This document shows, one piece after another, positions 1 through 8,272 of a stretch of DNA of 64,000 nt. The translations under genes were made by a program, and so were the position numbers. Numbering within the stretch: position 1 is the first letter of the stretch; the number at the start of each line of letters is the position of its first letter. A model generated the notes under the pieces. The model saw only the letters and a list, made by a program, of their open reading frames with translations. It did no database searches and was not told the DNA's origin. Source of the DNA: an uncultured candidate division Zixibacteria bacterium (GTDB lineage: Bacteria > Zixibacteria > MSB-5A5 > UBA10806 > 4484-95); the NCBI GenBank assembly GCA_963668625.2, contig CAXXKA010000006.1, positions 576,001 to 640,000 on the forward strand, in the 5' to 3' direction.

Positions 1-170
1 GCGAGGAATTATTCGCCGCCTCGGGATATTTATCAAACGATCCACAGGTGTTGGGCAGTTTGAAAGGCTCGGATTACACGAAATTGATTATAGTTTTTGT
101 GATGATAATAGGAGTTATCATGCTGCTTTTAGGCAATAGCAGTATGTTAGATTGGTTGAGTATAGCATAA
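1..170 (+). CDS. 3' end of a membrane protein, DUF6754-like C-terminus (partial)
   Basis: Frame 3 reads EELFAASGYLSNDPQVLGSLKGSDYTKLIIVFVMIIGVIMLLLG...SIA-stop (TAA 168-170); family recalled from the EE.FAA..YLS..P..LGSL motif. Confidence 0.6.
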   Translation, partial: EELFAASGYLSNDPQVLGSLKGSDYTKLIIVFVMIIGVIMLLLGNSSMLDWLSIA

Positions 171-171
171 T

Positions 172-786
172 ATGAGACGTCAAATACCAATAGCATTGGC
201 ATTCGGGTTCGGCATGTTCATGCTGATCCAGTTTTTTATCCCGGCCTGGGCGAGAGCTTACGAGACCGTAGTCGACTGGGTACAGACTATTTTTATTTTC
301 ACCCTGCTTGTCGGCGTGGTTGGTATGATCAAATACCATCTCGATAAAGTTGGCCGCAAGGAGAAAGATTATCCCTACAATATCGTAACCCTGGTGGGCG
401 TAGCGGGTATGGCTATCAGCGGCCTGGCCTGGGGACGAGGAGAGGGAACGGCTTTCACCTGGATATTCGATTACCTTCAGGCGCCGATGCAGGCAACCGT
501 GTTTTCGCTTCTGGCGTTTTTCGTAGCCAGCGCGGCTTATCGCGGATTCAAGATCAGAAATTTCGAGGCATCATTGCTGCTGTTTGCCGCCGTACTAGTG
601 ATGATTGGCAGGGTACCGCTGGGCGATTACATCTCACCGTACTTTCCCAAACTGGCTAATTGGATTCTGAACGTACCATCCATGACAGCCCGTCGCGGCA
701 TCTTTATAGGTATTGGCCTGGGAACCATAGCCACCTCGCTGAGGGTGATACTTGGCGTAGAACGAACATACCTGGGGCGCAGCTAA
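172..786 (+). CDS. Conserved hypothetical multi-pass membrane protein
   Basis: 204 aa with several hydrophobic helices; 1-nt gaps to both neighbours. Confidence 0.8.
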   Translation: MRRQIPIALAFGFGMFMLIQFFIPAWARAYETVVDWVQTIFIFTLLVGVVGMIKYHLDKVGRKEKDYPYNIVTLVGVAGMAISGLAWGRGEGTAFTWIFDYLQAPMQATVFSLLAFFVASAAYRGFKIRNFEASLLLFAAVLVMIGRVPLGDYISPYFPKLANWILNVPSMTARRGIFIGIGLGTIATSLRVILGVERTYLGRS

Positions 787-787
787 T

Positions 788-1615
788 ATGACTTTCTGGG
801 AAAAAATAACGACTATCGACAGGCGAATCATTTTCGTGCTGATTTTCATCAGCGTGGCCCTGCCGCTATTATTTAATTTCACCATACCTAACAAAGTTAC
901 CAAAGAGGTGAGGGATACTTACGAGTATATCGATGCCTTACCCGAGGGCTCGGTGCTGCTGTTCTCGTTCGATCATGAGGCGGCGACATTACCCGAGATG
1001 CAACCGATGGCAACCGCTATGCTGATCCATGCTTTCTCGAAAGGCTTCAAGGTTATTGGTATGGCGTTTCGGCCCGAGGGAGCGGCGATAGGCAATAAAG
1101 CGCTTCAGGAGAATGCCGCTGTATTCGACCTGGTTGAGGGCGAGGATTACGTGTTCCTCGGTTACCGTCCCGAGATAACCTCCGGGATTTTAGGTCTGGG
1201 TGAAAGTATCGCTCGGGTGTATCCCAAAGATTATCGCGGGATATCTGTCGAGGATATACCACTGATGCAGAATGTACACAACTATGATGATATCGCACTG
1301 GTGGTTGATGTCTCCGATGATGACACGCCCGTGTACTGGATAAACTACGCCAACGCCCGCTACCAACAGGAAATCGCGCCGGCAATAACCGCCGTTATGG
1401 CGACCACCTTCTATCCATTCCTGCAGGAGCGCCAGATAGTTGGAATGGTGCCGGGTTTGAAAGCGGCTGCCGAGTACGAACAGCTTATCGGTAAACTCGG
1501 AGATGCCTCGCTGGGAATGAGCGCCCAGAGCATCTCGCATTTCCTGATCGTGCTGTTCGTGATTATTGGCAATATCGGGTATTTCATGATGAAGAAGCAG
1601 AGAGGGAAATTCTGA
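788..1615 (+). CDS. Conserved hypothetical membrane protein with a soluble central domain
   Basis: 275 aa, N- and C-terminal TM helices; stop overlaps the next start (TGATG). Confidence 0.8.
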   Translation: MTFWEKITTIDRRIIFVLIFISVALPLLFNFTIPNKVTKEVRDTYEYIDALPEGSVLLFSFDHEAATLPEMQPMATAMLIHAFSKGFKVIGMAFRPEGAAIGNKALQENAAVFDLVEGEDYVFLGYRPEITSGILGLGESIARVYPKDYRGISVEDIPLMQNVHNYDDIALVVDVSDDDTPVYWINYANARYQQEIAPAITAVMATTFYPFLQERQIVGMVPGLKAAAEYEQLIGKLGDASLGMSAQSISHFLIVLFVIIGNIGYFMMKKQRGKF

Positions 1616-2235
1616 TGGAGACGCTGGGAATCTGGCTGGCGGCGCTTCTGACGCTGGCGGTTTACTCGTTTTTATATAAAGATAACCCGTTTTACAAGTT
1701 CGCCGAGCATCTACTGGTGGGCATCTCTGTCGGTTTCCTGATCGTAATTGCCTACATGGATACGGTCGTGCCCAAGGTGCTCGATCCGTTGTTTGTCAGG
1801 GGAGAGATGCTGGTTATAATACCGGTACTGCTGGGTATGCTGATGTTCACTCGTTTCTGGAAACAGTACGCCTGGTTATCCCGTCCCGCCCTGGCGTTGT
1901 ATCTGGGATTTGGCGCAGGCGCCTCGATACCGGCATTCATGCAATCGTATATCATCACCCAGATGAAAGCCACTATCTCGCCGTTCGCGCAAATCGATGG
2001 TTTCTGGAGCGCGGTTAACGCTGTGATCGTTTTGATTGGGCTTTGCACTACGTTATTTTATTTCTATTTCTCGAAAAAGCACGAGGGCGGATTCGGTGTG
2101 CTGGCCAAGACCGGCATATATTTCCTGATGGTGTTTTTCGGCGCTACGTTCGGTTTCACGGTAATGGCCCGTGTGTCGTTACTGATAGGCCGCGTGACGT
2201 TTTTGCTGCGTGACTGGCTTCATTTGATGAGTTGA
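1615..2235 (+). CDS. Conserved hypothetical multi-pass membrane protein
   Basis: 206 aa, YSFLYKDNPFYKFAEH motif, highly hydrophobic. Confidence 0.8.
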   Translation: METLGIWLAALLTLAVYSFLYKDNPFYKFAEHLLVGISVGFLIVIAYMDTVVPKVLDPLFVRGEMLVIIPVLLGMLMFTRFWKQYAWLSRPALALYLGFGAGASIPAFMQSYIITQMKATISPFAQIDGFWSAVNAVIVLIGLCTTLFYFYFSKKHEGGFGVLAKTGIYFLMVFFGATFGFTVMARVSLLIGRVTFLLRDWLHLMS

Positions 2236-2274
2236 GAAAATCAAATTTAAATGTTTATATTTTTTAGATGAAGA

Positions 2275-2790
2275 GTAGGTCAAAACCCCTGCGGTTTTGA
2301 CGCGTGATTGTTTTCTGATACTACTGTCAAACATTCTCACCCTCACTAGGCAAGGGAGGTGGCACCGGAGAGGTAAAAATATTACCCTGTGGTTGGAGTA
2401 CGTCCTCGTGCCCCAACTGGCATTTTAGCGGATGGAAGCTGGCAGACACGGATGTCAGCCAGTCACGGGAAGTTTTTTTCTGCATTTATTGTTCTGCCTT
2501 CTTTGAAACTTATTATATGATTTTACATAGAGGTTATTAGTGTGCCTTAAATAAGGAGTTGTGGCTTTAATAGAAAGAAGCCGTCGGGAAAGGATTCCCA
2601 ACGGCTCATCGAAAAGGAGAAATCGATATAACAATACCAACCGAACAATATCACTTGACATGATACATAGCAGGATTCCCACCACCTCAAGTAAAAACGT
2701 TGGCATATTTCATTTTTCCGTGTTGTCAGGAATCCTTTCCTGACAAAATACTGCATCAATACAGATAGCGGGAAAGGATTCCCACCACCT
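2275..2790. repeat. Cluster of REP-like palindromes
   Basis: GTAG-GTCAAAACC-cctgc-GGTTTTGAC (2275-2301); GTGG-TTGGAGTACG-tcct-CGTGCCCCAA (2389-2416); GCCGTCGGGAA-agga-TTCCCAACGGC (2580-2605); TGTCAGGAA-tcct-TTCCTGACA (2724-2745); GGGAA-agga-TTCCC (2770-2783). Confidence 0.65.
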
Positions 2791-2891
2791 CAAGTAAAAA
2801 TGTTGGCATATTTCATTTTTCTGCAATTTTTATTTTACCTTCTTTGAAACTTATTATATGATTTTACATAGAGTTTATTAGTGTGTCTTAA
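2497..2891 (+). repeat. Two short direct duplications in the DUF72 upstream region
   Basis: 2497-2550 vs 2838-2891 (54 bp, 2 mismatches); 2672-2718 vs 2775-2821 (47 bp, 1 mismatch). Confidence 0.85.
2611..2673 (+). mobile_element. Orphan right end of the IS110 element (scar)
   Basis: 63 bp matching 6120-6182 with one mismatch, joined via AG to GATTCCC. Confidence 0.85.
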
Positions 2892-2905
2892 TTGATAGGA
2901 ATACT

Positions 2906-3694
2906 ATGCCGGAAGCTAAAATACTGATAGGAACATCAGGCTACTCTTTCAAAGACTGGGTGGGGCCGTTCTATCCCGAGAAGATCGAGAAGGGGAAGAT
3001 GCTCGACTATTACAAGGATCATTTTAAGACAGTCGAGATAAACTCAACTTACTACCGCATTCCTCACGCGGCCGTGTTTTATCATATGGTCAATAAAGTG
3101 CAGGAGGGATTCGAGTTCATCGTGAAGACGCATCGCTCGTTTACCCACGATCGTAAAGACCTCGAAAAGCCCACCGCCGAGTTTCTCGAGTCTATCAAAC
3201 CGATGGCCGAGAGTGGGATGCTTAAAGGATTGCTGGCTCAATTCCCGTGGTCATTCAAGTTTTCTCCAATTAATTTGCAATATCTTCTTGACGGAAAGGA
3301 CTATTTTGGCGATACTCCGCTTTTCGTGGAATTCCGTCACGATAGCTGGGATAAGCCGGAGGTGTATGCCTCGCTTAAGGATAACGGTCTCGGATTTTGC
3401 AGCGTGGATGAGCCCCAGTTAAAGCAGATGTTCCCGCCGGTTGCGCTGGCGACCTCGGATACGGCGTATATCAGGTTCCATGGACGAAATGAACTTGATT
3501 GGTGGAAACCTCGGCCGGGCTCCGACCGTTACAATTACGCTTATAAAAAGGAAGAATTATCCGATTGGATTAAAAGAATAGAGAAATTACGCCGAGAGAC
3601 AAATAAGATTTACCTGTTTTTCAACAACTGCCATCACGGGCAGGCGGTGAAAAGCGCAAAACTGATGCAGGAGATGTTGCAACTGGAGTTATGA
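2906..3694 (+). CDS. DUF72 (YecE-like) domain protein
   Basis: IGTSGYS..W.G.FYP, VEINSTYY, QFP.SF, VEFRH.SW, YIRFHGR, RYNY.Y, FFNN motifs. Confidence 0.9.
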   Translation: MPEAKILIGTSGYSFKDWVGPFYPEKIEKGKMLDYYKDHFKTVEINSTYYRIPHAAVFYHMVNKVQEGFEFIVKTHRSFTHDRKDLEKPTAEFLESIKPMAESGMLKGLLAQFPWSFKFSPINLQYLLDGKDYFGDTPLFVEFRHDSWDKPEVYASLKDNGLGFCSVDEPQLKQMFPPVALATSDTAYIRFHGRNELDWWKPRPGSDRYNYAYKKEELSDWIKRIEKLRRETNKIYLFFNNCHHGQAVKSAKLMQEMLQLEL

Positions 3695-4587
3695 GAAGAA
3701 GCTTGATAAAGACAATGGTAGTAGGAATCATCATCTGGGTGGTTTCCGCCTCGTACGGGCATTATGTCACTAAAGCCTCTGTTGGCGTCGATATATTCAA
3801 CGATTTTCAAACCGGTACGTTCGGTTCTATCATAGAGAAACTTTTTCCGGGCAGCCTTGGTATTAAAGCCAAAGCCGTGCTTGTCGTGGATGCCGAGACA
3901 GGGGAGGAGATATATTCGAAAAACGAGGATTACCAGATGCCAATCGCCAGCCTGACCAAGCTTGCCACTGCATTAGTGTTCATGGAATCGGGTACGCCGC
4001 TAACCAACACGATCACGATGAGTGAAGAGGATTTCCCGTCAGTGGGCGGCTCCAAGCTTTACGAGGGGGAACGGATCACGGTTGGCCAATGCCTTCATCT
4101 ATGCCTTATCTGTTCCGATAACGCCGCCGCTAACGCGCTATCTCGATCCGCCGGTATAGAAAAAGGCGAATTCGTGGGCAGGATGAATCAACTGGCAATT
4201 AGGTTGGAGCTATCCAATACCCGCTTTACCGAGCCGACCGGTTTGGATTCGCATAATATGTCAACGCCGGAGGACTATATCAAGCTCATGCAAACCGCTT
4301 TCGCCGAGCCGACAATTCAGAAGATATCCTCGAAGAAGACTTACCAGTTCAGCTCGTTAAACCGTGGGATTCGTCACTCGTTATATAATACCAATCGCTT
4401 GCTTTACACTAAATGGAATGTGATCGGCGGGAAGACAGGGTATATCAGCAAGTCCGGCTACTGCCTGGCCCTGGATGCTTACGATCAAACCGGCAGGCGG
4501 ATTAACGCGGTGATACTCGGCGCGCCTTCGAATCAGTACCGCTACCGGGATGCCAATCGGTTGCTGGCCTATTCCGGGCGGAATTAA
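3691..4587 (+). CDS. Peptidase S11 D-alanyl-D-alanine carboxy/endopeptidase
   Basis: PIASLTK (SxxK), SDN (SxN) and GGKTG motifs; N-terminal signal/anchor. Confidence 0.9.
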   Translation: MRRSLIKTMVVGIIIWVVSASYGHYVTKASVGVDIFNDFQTGTFGSIIEKLFPGSLGIKAKAVLVVDAETGEEIYSKNEDYQMPIASLTKLATALVFMESGTPLTNTITMSEEDFPSVGGSKLYEGERITVGQCLHLCLICSDNAAANALSRSAGIEKGEFVGRMNQLAIRLELSNTRFTEPTGLDSHNMSTPEDYIKLMQTAFAEPTIQKISSKKTYQFSSLNRGIRHSLYNTNRLLYTKWNVIGGKTGYISKSGYCLALDAYDQTGRRINAVILGAPSNQYRYRDANRLLAYSGRN

Positions 4588-4827
4588 TAACTTCATAAAA
4601 CAATATCATATTATCTTTCCCCACGCCAGAGGGGTTGTTGAAAAAGCCGTTTGCATGGGTCGCTGGGCGGACGAAGTCCTTTGTTCATTCTTTCCCGGCG
4701 ACATGCCGCATGAAATCAGGTGTCAGGAAAGTAACTATGTTATCAAAAGCTTGAGCCTCAGTCATTCGGATTGTATTGTTATTTTGACAAACATTCAACA
4801 ATCAACACGAACAAACAGGAGGCTCAA

Positions 4828-5886
4828 ATGCCATGTTACAACAAAATCGAGCGTGAAGCCAACACTATTTACGTTGGTATTGACGTTCATAAGCGGAGTT
4901 GGCATGTAACAATGCGAACAACTGAGCAAGAGTTATGGAAAGGCAGTATTGCAGCTGATTGGGAAGTATTGAAAAAAGTATTGGGGCGTTATTCCGATTG
5001 TGACATTTCGGTAGTTTACGAAGCCGGTTTTAGTGGTTTCTGGTTATATGACAAACTGGTAGCCTGGGGAGCGTCATGTATAGTGACTCCGCCGAGTTTG
5101 ATTCCTTCTGAATACGGCAATCGGGTCAAAACTGATCGCCTCGACAGTGCCAAGCTTGCTTTACTACTTTCCCGTAGTATGCTCAAGGCAGTATGGGTAC
5201 CTGATGTCGAAGCGCGTGGTCATCGCCAGGTATTGCGTCGCCGTCGCCAGTTGGTCAGCGACCGGGTCCGTATTCAATGCCGTATCAAGAGTGAGTTAGC
5301 CTGTTTCGGTCTATCTCTGCCGACAATTAGCGGCAAGTGGACGGAGACATTCGAACAGCATTTATGGCAGTTGCGTTTTAGTGATCGCTGGCAGACAGAG
5401 AGTTTTCAGAGGTTACTGACACAGTATCGGCTGGTGAGTGAATTGATTACTCAACAGACACGGTTATTGAAAGAATTGTCAAAACTGGATCGTTATCGGG
5501 AAGCGGTTGAGCGTCTACGTAGTGTTCCGGGCATCGGCTTGTTAACGGCGATGGAACTATTATTGGAGTTAGGGGACTTCAGCCGATTTAGTCGAGGAAG
5601 CCAATTGGCCGCCTACGTGGGCTTGACTCCAAGCCAATATTCCTCCGGTGACAAGGTTCGACTAGGACGAATCACCAGGATCGGCAAACCGCAGTTACGG
5701 TCGAATCTGATCGAAGCCTCCTGGATTTTGATCAGGAAGGATCCGGCCCAGGCTCAGCGTTATCAACAGCTCAAGTGGCGGTGTGGTTCCAAACGAGCCA
5801 TTGTGGCCAGTGCCCGCCGTCTACTGTTAATCGTACGGCGTCTGATGCTTGACCATCAGAGCTATCGAATCCAAACCGCAGCATAA
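4828..5886 (+). CDS. IS110 family DEDD recombinase/transposase
   Basis: YVGIDVHK, YEAG, KTDRLDS, SVPGIG, AYVGLTP...SSG; ATG 4828 follows AGGAGG. Confidence 0.95.
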   Translation: MPCYNKIEREANTIYVGIDVHKRSWHVTMRTTEQELWKGSIAADWEVLKKVLGRYSDCDISVVYEAGFSGFWLYDKLVAWGASCIVTPPSLIPSEYGNRVKTDRLDSAKLALLLSRSMLKAVWVPDVEARGHRQVLRRRRQLVSDRVRIQCRIKSELACFGLSLPTISGKWTETFEQHLWQLRFSDRWQTESFQRLLTQYRLVSELITQQTRLLKELSKLDRYREAVERLRSVPGIGLLTAMELLLELGDFSRFSRGSQLAAYVGLTPSQYSSGDKVRLGRITRIGKPQLRSNLIEASWILIRKDPAQAQRYQQLKWRCGSKRAIVASARRLLLIVRRLMLDHQSYRIQTAA

Positions 5887-5889
5887 AAA

Positions 5890-6110
5890 AGAGATAATTA
5901 GTTTACAATATCTGAGTTTGGAGAATGGCGAAGGAATCCTTGTGGCTTAACAACAGACCGCGCAGGAAAGGGTGTCATCTCCCCTGGTAATAATCTCGGA
6001 TTGATTAATTGTGGCTGTGTTTGAGGGCCAGACCACGAATAGCAGGGTGACTATTATCGGCAATGTCTAACAGTGGCAGCATGTTGTAGTTTAAACATGG
6101 GTATTCTGCG
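5890..6110 (+). ncRNA. Putative bridge/seek RNA of the first IS110 (ends approximate)
   Basis: Guides AGGAATCCT (5932-5940) and CAGGAAAG (5963-5970) match both target flanks; AATAGCAG (6038-6045) matches the element end. Confidence 0.7.
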
Positions 6111-6287
6111 TTTTATTAAGAAAAGGAGAAATCGATATAACAATACTAACCGAACAATATCACTTGACATGATACATAGCAGGATTCCTGACACCGCGAC
6201 TACCTAATCAGGGCTTTTTCAACAAGCCCCAGAGTTCAGGTTTTTAACCCCTGCTCAAATTAAATAATAACAAAAATAGTAGATAAA

Positions 6288-6310
6288 AAAACGGGCGCTA
6301 AGCCCGTTTT
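6288..6310. terminator. Bidirectional intrinsic terminator
   Basis: AAAACGGGC-gctaa-GCCCGTTTT between convergent genes. Confidence 0.7.
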
Positions 6311-6329
6311 AGTTCAAAGATTTTAGCGA

Positions 6330-7940
6330 TTAGTATAAATATTCGACATTTACGCCTCGCGCCTCGAGCTGCGGGATATAGGTGTCTTCTGAGATGGTAT
6401 CCAGTGGATTACCTGATAGGCCGACCCAATCGCCACTGCCGAGACCTGAGTTGTTTACCAGTGGCAGAATGTTCGTTATTTGATTCCCAAGTAAGGTAAC
6501 ATTAATCACGCCGGTCATAGTTTCTATAGCGCTTATGTCGACTATGTTGTTGTACTGAAGGCTTAGTTCTGTTACGTTTGTCAAATTAGCTATTGCCGAG
6601 ATATCAGTCAGGGAATCGTCAAATGCATACAAATACTGAAGGTCATACAATGAATCCAGACCGTCGAGACTGGTTATCGGATTGCCGTCAACATGCAGCC
6701 TGCTTAGATTCGACATATTGGCCAGAGGTGTTAAATCAGTTATCAGGTTGTCGCTCATAACTAATTCTGTAATATTAGTCAAGCCACCGATAGGGGATAA
6801 GCTGTTTACCTGATTGTTTTCAATATCCAGTCTTGTTACCCAGGTGCAGGTTGAAAGCCCGGAAATATTGGTGATGGCATTATTTGAAAAATCCCAACTG
6901 GTGACCAGAGTCAGATTATCGAGCGCGGGGATTGAGGCAATCTGATTATCTTTTACACTGATAAATTCTATACTACTGAGGTCCTGAATCGGCGAAATGT
7001 CGGCAATCTGGTTTTCGTACATATAGAAAGTACGTAGCTGAGTCAAGCCGCTAATAGCATCAATGTTACTGATCTGATTATCTTGTATCATTAAAACGGT
7101 CAGGTTGGTCATCTCCTCAACAGCCGCAATACTTGTTATCGTGTTGTGGCCTATATCGAGATAGTCCAGGTTTGCCAGATCGTTAAGAGAAGAGATATCG
7201 CTTATTTGATTTTCTTCTAGCTTGAGCTCGGTCAAAGCGGTCAGCCCGGAAAGCGGGGAGACGCTTGAAATTGAGTTGGTGCTCAGATTAAGGGATTCGA
7301 GATTGAACAAACTATCAAGCGGTGACAGGCTCGTGATATGATTATCATAGATGCTCAATTCTTGCAACGATTCGAAATGTTCCAATCCACCAAGGTCGTA
7401 TATATCGTAGAAATTATCAACGGTAAGTTCGGTGATCGTGTCGACATCCGTGACATAGATAGAATCGTAATAACTCCGACCGTCAATTTGATTGGCCACC
7501 ACTTTCTTGAGATTGGTATCGGCGAACGCCACGTAAGTGCTGTCGAAACTGCGGGTGGAGAATCTCCACATCGTGCCTTCGGTACTATTGCCGTGAATGT
7601 CATGAGGGTCTACCAACCAGTAGTACGTAGTACCGTATTCCAACTGAGTCTGGTAATTAAAGAAAGTGTCTGACATGCTAAAGCGAATATAATGATTCTC
7701 GATTGAGGCCGAATCGGTAGAAAGCGCGAAGTCGTATAGAATATTATCACCATCGGGATCCGAACAGCTCCAATTGAATTGGATCGATAAAAGTTGATTT
7801 GCCGCGCCATCAGCGGGCACAGGGGAGGAGGCCGCGGTCGGCGGATCATTCTCCTCGGATGTATCCGTGCTACTGCTATCACAGTTAATCATCGTTAAGC
7901 ATAAACATAGCAAAAGAGCAATGAAATATTTCATTTTCAA
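6330..7940 (-). CDS. Leucine-rich repeat (internalin-like) lipoprotein
   Basis: Signal ending MINC followed by a Ser/Thr linker, an FN3-like segment (TTYYW), then many LxxLxLxxNxIxxIxxL repeats. Confidence 0.85.
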   Translation of the reverse strand: MKMKYFIALLLCLCLTMINCDSSSTDTSEENDPPTAASSPVPADGAANQLLSIQFNWSCSDPDGDNILYDFALSTDSASIENHYIRFSMSDTFFNYQTQLEYGTTYYWLVDPHDIHGNSTEGTMWRFSTRSFDSTYVAFADTNLKKVVANQIDGRSYYDSIYVTDVDTITELTVDNFYDIYDLGGLEHFESLQELSIYDNHITSLSPLDSLFNLESLNLSTNSISSVSPLSGLTALTELKLEENQISDISSLNDLANLDYLDIGHNTITSIAAVEEMTNLTVLMIQDNQISNIDAISGLTQLRTFYMYENQIADISPIQDLSSIEFISVKDNQIASIPALDNLTLVTSWDFSNNAITNISGLSTCTWVTRLDIENNQVNSLSPIGGLTNITELVMSDNLITDLTPLANMSNLSRLHVDGNPITSLDGLDSLYDLQYLYAFDDSLTDISAIANLTNVTELSLQYNNIVDISAIETMTGVINVTLLGNQITNILPLVNNSGLGSGDWVGLSGNPLDTISEDTYIPQLEARGVNVEYLY

Positions 7941-8082
7941 AAGTCCTCCTTTTATTGGTGTTACTTAATATTTCGGACAATTGTATAAAAAGTATACCCT
8001 GATTTTCGTAGAATAATGATAAGTATTCTTGATCTGAGGGGATTCAATCGAGGTTTAGTATTCTTAGTCTAGCTAAAACACT

Positions 8083-8234
8083 AAATCTGACTGCTAGTAT
8101 AGCTGCCTGCTGACATATGAAGGTTTTATATTTTAGTGTATTCAGGCTGCCAGATTTCCCAAACTTTGCCTACCAGATCTGGGCCCTGGTTTTCCGGGCT
8201 CGCCGCCGCGAGGCAGGATGAAACCGGAGGGACA
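8083..8234 (-). pseudogene. Degraded duplicate of the peroxiredoxin 3' end and its downstream sequence
   Basis: Minus strand gives CPSG...EPGKPG, a frameshift, then GPDLVGKVWEIWQPE, versus Prx [29 protein letters not shown]; CTAGTATAGCTGCC.GCTGA is shared at ~8095 and ~10170. Confidence 0.75.
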
Positions 8235-8272
8235 TCTTGATACTGTGAAACAACCTGTGACTATCACAAGTA

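Larger units (their letters stand above)
4730..6182 (+). mobile_element. IS110 family (IS1111-type) insertion sequence
   Basis: AG core at 4730-4731 and 6181-6182; subterminal IRs CTATGTTATCA / TGATACATAG; long 3' non-coding end; removing it restores the hairpin GGTGTCAGGAA-agga-TTCCTGACACC. Confidence 0.9.
4631..6230. mobile_element. MITE-like element (~149 bp when empty) interrupted by IS110
   Basis: Terminal inverted repeats GGGGTTGTTGAAAAAGCC (4631-4648) and GGCTTTTTCAACAAGCCCC (6212-6230), flanked by AGA on both sides; related inverted partial copy at 23960-24061. Confidence 0.65.

Noticed and set aside
2480-2900. CRISPR array
   Set aside because: Only pairs of unequal repeats with irregular spacing; no cas genes.
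4550-4909. Track ORF across the MITE/IS end, and extended starts at 4771, 17815, 55299 and 58389
   Set aside because: They run through non-coding element ends, predicted RNA or promoters; downstream ATGs have proper RBSs.
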